Source: Promethearchaeota archaeon (GTDB lineage Archaea > Asgardarchaeota > Hermodarchaeia > Hermodarchaeales > Hermodarchaeaceae). Taken from it: DNA of 44,041 nt. The DNA is taken from positions 1-44,041 of the forward strand of contig JBHLPR010000014.1 of assembly GCA_048939245.1 (NCBI GenBank). Reading direction: 5' to 3'. The translations under genes were made by a program, and so were the position numbers. The notes beneath the pieces are model-generated. The model was not told where the DNA came from and searched no databases. It saw only the letters and a program-made list of their open reading frames with translations. Shown in pieces: positions 39,403 to 44,041 of the stretch (position 1 is the first letter of the stretch; the number at the start of each line of letters is the position of its first letter).

Positions 39403-39654
39403 TTGAAGATGTCGAAGCAGCAGAAAAAGCATAAAGAAGCACAACCACATTTGCAGGTTCCTAAACATTCTCATTGTGAACTCTGTGGTGCTCCTGTGCG
39501 CTATGGAATGGAATATTGTAATGCCGAACATAAAAAATTGTTTCAGAAGAAAGCCCGAAAAGACCGGCTGATGAATGCCATTCCTGTTATTATCGTCATT
39601 ATCATTGCGGCAGCCTCCCTCCTCATTTCGATCATTATGTTTTCTCCTCCATGA
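39403..39654 (+). CDS. DUF2116-family Zn-ribbon membrane protein
   Basis: PKHSHCELCG...YCNAEH plus a C-terminal TM helix. Confidence 0.75.
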   Translation: MKMSKQQKKHKEAQPHLQVPKHSHCELCGAPVRYGMEYCNAEHKKLFQKKARKDRLMNAIPVIIVIIIAAASLLISIIMFSPP

Positions 39655-39668
39655 TATTAACAGACTGC

Positions 39669-41018
39669 TCACCATGGAGACAGAGAAGCAACCACTTGGT
39701 CAGGTATTTTCCCTTTTTCAACATCAGTGAGGGCATTATCAATAATATCTAGGGCGTTGTCAGCTTCTTCTTGGGAAAGTGTGTAGGCAGGACATATGCG
39801 AAGCACTGATTCTCCAAGAGTTGTTAGAATTAGACCTAACTCTCCAGATCGCCAACAGACTTTCGAAGCTTCGAGGCGGGCAGGTTCGCGCGTTTTCTGA
39901 TTCTTAACCAAATCGACACCAATTAACATGCCCTTGCCACGAACATCGCCGATAAGTGGGTGATCCTTTTTCATTTCGTCTAATCTCTTTTTGAGATACC
40001 CACCCATCTTTAGAACCTGCGCAATGAGATTTTGGTTTTTTATTGTATCCAATACAGCGAGTGTCACAGCACATACAATTGGATTAGCTACACCTGTTCC
40101 AATGGCTGATGGAGGCTTTAACTCATCCATTACTGAAGCTCGACCAATTACACCACTTAAAGGAACTCCTGCAGAAAACCCTTTACCAAAGGCAACAAGA
40201 TCCGGTGTCAGCTCATATTGTTCTGAAAGAAACCAAGATCCACAGCGTCCACACCCCGTTTGAATTTCATCAAGTGCAAAGAGCATGTCGTGATCCTGAC
40301 AAATCTCTTGGAGTCCTTTCAACCAGTCAACTGGAGGAAATATATAACCGCCATCAGAGGCAACCGGTTCTGTAATAATTCCAGCAACCTCTTGGGGAGG
40401 CACGAGGTGTTTTAGTACCGTTTTCAAGTAGTCTAAACAAGCTAGACCACAGTCAGGATACTCTTGTTTGAAGATACACCGGTAACAGTCCGCAAAAGGA
40501 ACATGGTAAATTTCTGGGATGAATGGACCTAAGTATCGCCGTTGAATGGTGGAAAATGCACTCAAAGATAAAGCACCATAAAGTGCGCCATAATACCCTT
40601 TGAGAAAAGTAATGATTTTTGTGCGTTTAGTTCCCACTCTCACAAGTTTTACTGTAAGATCCATAGCCGCGGCACCAGCAAGCTGATAAATGGTCTTTTT
40701 GGGAAAACTTCCTGGAGGTAGTTGATTTAGTTTCTCAGCCAGCTCAACTGCTAATTCATGATATCCGTAGAGTGGAGGATGATGAATTAGCCGATCTGCT
40801 TGTTCGTGGATGGCATTGACAACGGCGGGATGACGATGACCAATGGGTAGAGCTGCGGCTCCACCTAAGAAATCAATGTATTCGTTTCCATCCTTGTCCC
40901 ACACCTTCGAGCCTTCAGCGCGAACTGCGACTACTGGATAATAGGCCAACCGGAGTGCTTGTCCAATCGCATTCTTATCACGTTGGACTATTTTCAGTCC
41001 TTTCTTTACTAACCCCAT
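39669..41018 (-). CDS. Class III PLP aminotransferase (GABA-AT-like)
   Basis: WDKDGNEYIDF, GHRHP, EPVASDGG, DEIQTGCGRCG, PDLVAFGK. Confidence 0.92.
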   Translation of the reverse strand: MGLVKKGLKIVQRDKNAIGQALRLAYYPVVAVRAEGSKVWDKDGNEYIDFLGGAAALPIGHRHPAVVNAIHEQADRLIHHPPLYGYHELAVELAEKLNQLPPGSFPKKTIYQLAGAAAMDLTVKLVRVGTKRTKIITFLKGYYGALYGALSLSAFSTIQRRYLGPFIPEIYHVPFADCYRCIFKQEYPDCGLACLDYLKTVLKHLVPPQEVAGIITEPVASDGGYIFPPVDWLKGLQEICQDHDMLFALDEIQTGCGRCGSWFLSEQYELTPDLVAFGKGFSAGVPLSGVIGRASVMDELKPPSAIGTGVANPIVCAVTLAVLDTIKNQNLIAQVLKMGGYLKKRLDEMKKDHPLIGDVRGKGMLIGVDLVKNQKTREPARLEASKVCWRSGELGLILTTLGESVLRICPAYTLSQEEADNALDIIDNALTDVEKGKIPDQVVASLSPW

Positions 41019-41082
41019 TTAGATCAGCTTCATCCATTTGTTAGATTTTAATTAAGAGATAGATTTTCTTATCAAAGAGAAT

Positions 41083-42177
41083 TTAATGCGCCTCGTGAAA
41101 CGCTGTTCCCCAACTATCTGCTGCTAGTATGGCATCTTTGACCATGCCAGGTGAAATAGTGATAGGCATGTTACTCATGGTGTCTTTAGGGTCACAGGCT
41201 TTTTCAGCAGCAACACCAAGATCTTCAGTGTTGATATTCCCGAGTTGAGCTAGTGTTATCGGAAGCCCCACATGATGTTCCCAGGTCATTATGTGTTCGA
41301 TTTCCTTAGGTTCCCTGTTTTCTAGTATCATTTGCACTAAAACGCAAAATGCAACAATTTCACCGTGATTGGCTTTTACTCCTGAAATGAAAGTTAAACC
41401 GTTATGAATGGCGTGTGCTGCTGCCAATCCCGTGCTTTCAGCGCAAAGGCTACTTAGAAGCTTGATTGATTCGAAGATTCGTTCAACATAGGGAGTTACT
41501 AGTTTCTGTTCAAGGTCCTTTGCAGCGCGATAGCCATAAGTGAGAAGGTTGTATTCGCATAACTCACCGATCCATGGGGATACGGCAGTGGGGCGTCCAA
41601 ATAGAAGGCTGGAAGCTTTCGGCTGGGCAACACAAGCTTTTGCCTCAATGTTAGCTCCTAGTGCATCCCCCATTCCCCATACTGTAAATTTAGCTGGAGC
41701 TGTTACAAGCACTTCAGGATCGACTAAGACTAAATTAGGGTTCTTTGGATAAAAGAGGTACTCAAGCCATTCGTGTTTTTCAGTATAAATGACTGATAGC
41801 GCACTTGCATCCGCGTTAGTTGCGCATTGTGTTGGTACGCATGCAACTGGTACTTGGATTTTATGAGCTACTGCCTTCGCTGTATCGACTGAAACACCTC
41901 CACCTACACCAATGATGATGTCGGCTTTCTCTTTTTTTCCAATCTCAGTGAGACGATCAATTGTAGGATAAGTAGACATTCGAATCGTGTTGTCTATAGC
42001 GACGATGGTGACCTCGGACTCATTAAGGCTTTTTTCGATTCGTTTTCGTGTTATGTTTAATGCTGTTTTTCCACCCAGAATCAACGCTTGTTTGCCGATT
42101 TTGGAGATGTGCATTCCAAGCTCATCCAGTGCACCACGTCCTTGAACATAGCGGCTTGCTGATCCGAATATCTTCAT
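41083..42177 (-). CDS. gldA: Glycerol dehydrogenase family
   Basis: SRYVQGRG, GVGGG..DTAK, PT...TNA..SALSVIY, GMGDAL, GLAAAHAIHNGLT, HGEIVAF. Confidence 0.85.
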   Translation of the reverse strand: MKIFGSASRYVQGRGALDELGMHISKIGKQALILGGKTALNITRKRIEKSLNESEVTIVAIDNTIRMSTYPTIDRLTEIGKKEKADIIIGVGGGVSVDTAKAVAHKIQVPVACVPTQCATNADASALSVIYTEKHEWLEYLFYPKNPNLVLVDPEVLVTAPAKFTVWGMGDALGANIEAKACVAQPKASSLLFGRPTAVSPWIGELCEYNLLTYGYRAAKDLEQKLVTPYVERIFESIKLLSSLCAESTGLAAAHAIHNGLTFISGVKANHGEIVAFCVLVQMILENREPKEIEHIMTWEHHVGLPITLAQLGNINTEDLGVAAEKACDPKDTMSNMPITISPGMVKDAILAADSWGTAFHEAH

Positions 42178-42324
42178 CTGACTTACTTCCAAAATATTTC
42201 ACCCATGATATTGGTTTGGCGAAGAGCATTTGGAAGTAACTTCTATAAGTATCCCACGAAAGTCTATAGTCGTGTTTTATAACAATCCATAAACGCTTTA
42301 GATATAGAGCAAATAATTACGGCT

Positions 42325-43701
42325 ATGAGTTCCATTTGGTTTCCCAAAAAAAATGAACTTTCAAGATTATTGAGCGGATCCTATCGAACGGATGTTAACG
42401 GTTGGATTCGTCTCCACCTTACAGGCGATTGTCAGCAGATGGGATTTCAACATGGCTATTGGCTAGCTCATGAGATTCAAGCCAATGTTAAACAGACGGG
42501 TATGTTTCTCGATAAGGCAGAAAAATATCCTTGGAAAAAATTCCGAGCCGATGCGGAAAAAATCTGTTGGCATATGACCCCTGAAACGCTCAAAGAAGAA
42601 ATTCAAGCGGTTGAAGCAGGAATACGCCTTCGAGGCATAACGAATATCAGCTGGAAAGATATCCTCGCTATAAATGCGTATGGTGATACCCTTTCGTGTC
42701 ATTATGCCAAGGAGCATGAAAATGCACGAGATTCCCGTAGAAAAAGCGGGCATTGCAGCGCTTTCATTGCTACGGGTGAGGCAACTAAAGACAACCGGAT
42801 TGTGCTCTGTCACAACACATGGTTTTCCTATATCATCGGAACGACCTACAACATTATGATGAGTTTGAGCCCCTCGGAAGGGTATAAGATGTTTATCCAT
42901 ACGTGGCCAGGGGCAATAGGTGGTTCGACAATAGATTGGGATATGAATGCTTCAGGGATTATGTGTGCTGAGACTACAATCACCGGAGCAAGTAAATTCA
43001 AACATGATGAAACCCCCTACTTTGTTCGTGGTCGCCTCGCGATTCAATTTGCTGATTCGATTGATAGCTGGATGAACACTATGATTGAGGGTAATAATGG
43101 TGGGTGGGCTAACGCGTACCTTGTGGGAGATGCGAAGACTGATGAAATTGGTTGGTTAGAACTTGGTATTCATGAATATGCTACTCGTCGAACGAAAAAT
43201 GGTTATTTTGTAGGTTCTAACTGGGCACTCGACGAGAAAGTAAGAAATGAATGTGTGGGTATTTCATTTAATCAGAGAGCGACTCATTCTTGTGCATCAA
43301 GAACTCAACGACTGCTCCAGCTCATGGAGGAATTCAAAGGTAAAATCGATGTCGAAATAGCTCAACGAATTATTAGCGACCATTTTGATGTTTCTTTGAA
43401 TAAAGAACAACCCTCAGCAAACACGATCTGTGGTCATACAGAATATGACAAGCGAGGATTAAAAGAATGGAAATGTGGACCCTTTGAGGCCTTTGGAACT
43501 ACTGATGCAAAGGTTGTAACAAGTGCCCTGAGTGAGGTGGGATCGTGGTGGGCGCATTGGGGACCAGCATGTAATCTGAAGTTCGATTCTAAGAAGTTCT
43601 TTACTGAACATCCTGAATATGCTTGGCAGGCTCCTTATACTCGCGATATTATTCCTCATCCTTGGACTTTATTCAAGGCGGATGTTGATTGGAGGAATTA
43701 G
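42325..43701 (+). CDS. C45/phospholipase B-like Ntn-hydrolase
   Basis: GFQHG, GH|CSAFIATG, HNTW, ETTI, NNGGWAN, DAKV. Confidence 0.8.
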   Translation: MSSIWFPKKNELSRLLSGSYRTDVNGWIRLHLTGDCQQMGFQHGYWLAHEIQANVKQTGMFLDKAEKYPWKKFRADAEKICWHMTPETLKEEIQAVEAGIRLRGITNISWKDILAINAYGDTLSCHYAKEHENARDSRRKSGHCSAFIATGEATKDNRIVLCHNTWFSYIIGTTYNIMMSLSPSEGYKMFIHTWPGAIGGSTIDWDMNASGIMCAETTITGASKFKHDETPYFVRGRLAIQFADSIDSWMNTMIEGNNGGWANAYLVGDAKTDEIGWLELGIHEYATRRTKNGYFVGSNWALDEKVRNECVGISFNQRATHSCASRTQRLLQLMEEFKGKIDVEIAQRIISDHFDVSLNKEQPSANTICGHTEYDKRGLKEWKCGPFEAFGTTDAKVVTSALSEVGSWWAHWGPACNLKFDSKKFFTEHPEYAWQAPYTRDIIPHPWTLFKADVDWRN

Positions 43702-43742
43702 TCGAGAGGGTGAGTTCAGACTATTGAGTGGAAACAGGATCT

Positions 43743-44041
43743 TTATCCTTGCGTTAACATGAAATGCTTGATTTTGTCCTTTTCAATGTCAATGATAGCC
43801 CCGCGGAGAACCCCTTCGAGGTATTCACTGCCCGGATTTATAGTTAGGGTTCTCCCAATTTTATGGAAGCCACGTGACTCATGAATATGTCCATGTAAAC
43901 CTAGGAGGGGCTGGTACTTTTCGATGGCAGCACGTACAGCTTTGCTGCCTACGGGTTGATCCTGAATTCGCCCTCCTTTCGTTTGCACTTGAAGTTCACC
44001 GCCATCAACTTCAGCTAATACCGGGCACAAATCGAGAGTTG
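43743..44041 (-). CDS. Icc-related metallophosphoesterase, C-terminal part (runs off the window end)
   Basis: GSKAVR...QPLLGLHGHIHESRG...INPGSEY. Confidence 0.85.
   Translation of the reverse strand, partial: TLDLCPVLAEVDGGELQVQTKGGRIQDQPVGSKAVRAAIEKYQPLLGLHGHIHESRGFHKIGRTLTINPGSEYLEGVLRGAIIDIEKDKIKHFMLTQG

Overview
Archaeal chromosomal window, probably from an Asgard-type lineage (inferred from the two-domain Rpb5/RpoH and general gene content). About 1-20 kb and 34-44 kb hold ordinary housekeeping and metabolic genes: glyA 3' end, CorA, CoA-transferase A/B, rpoH, PfkB, RNase Z-like, M29 aminopeptidase, P-type ATPase, Lon-like protease, GDPD, a form IV RuBisCO-like protein, a class III aminotransferase and glycerol dehydrogenase. 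The centre (~20.8-34.2 kb) is an accessory region built around a solitary group-4 [NiFe]-hydrogenase large-subunit gene (23069-24274). Three features stand out. (1) Four degenerate, codon-collinear copies of the hydrogenase gene's last ~100-126 bp (28745-28842, 29785-29910, 31452-31562, 32328-32453) separate unrelated cargo genes, giving a cassette-like array with no integrase in the window. (2) An extreme, mirror-symmetric strand bias is centred near that 3' end: 151 consecutive hydrogenase codons end in C or A (Trp excepted) up to an abrupt break at 24130, and the + strand is G/T-rich to the right. (3) A 738-aa HTH plus LAGLIDADG-like protein is the first cargo gene. A 35-bp duplication of the hydrogenase upstream region also brackets a radical SAM gene and a tetR remnant on the 5' side. 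Together these suggest a recurrent gene-capture hotspot coupled to a localised mutational process. All protein assignments come from motif recognition by eye, not database searches.
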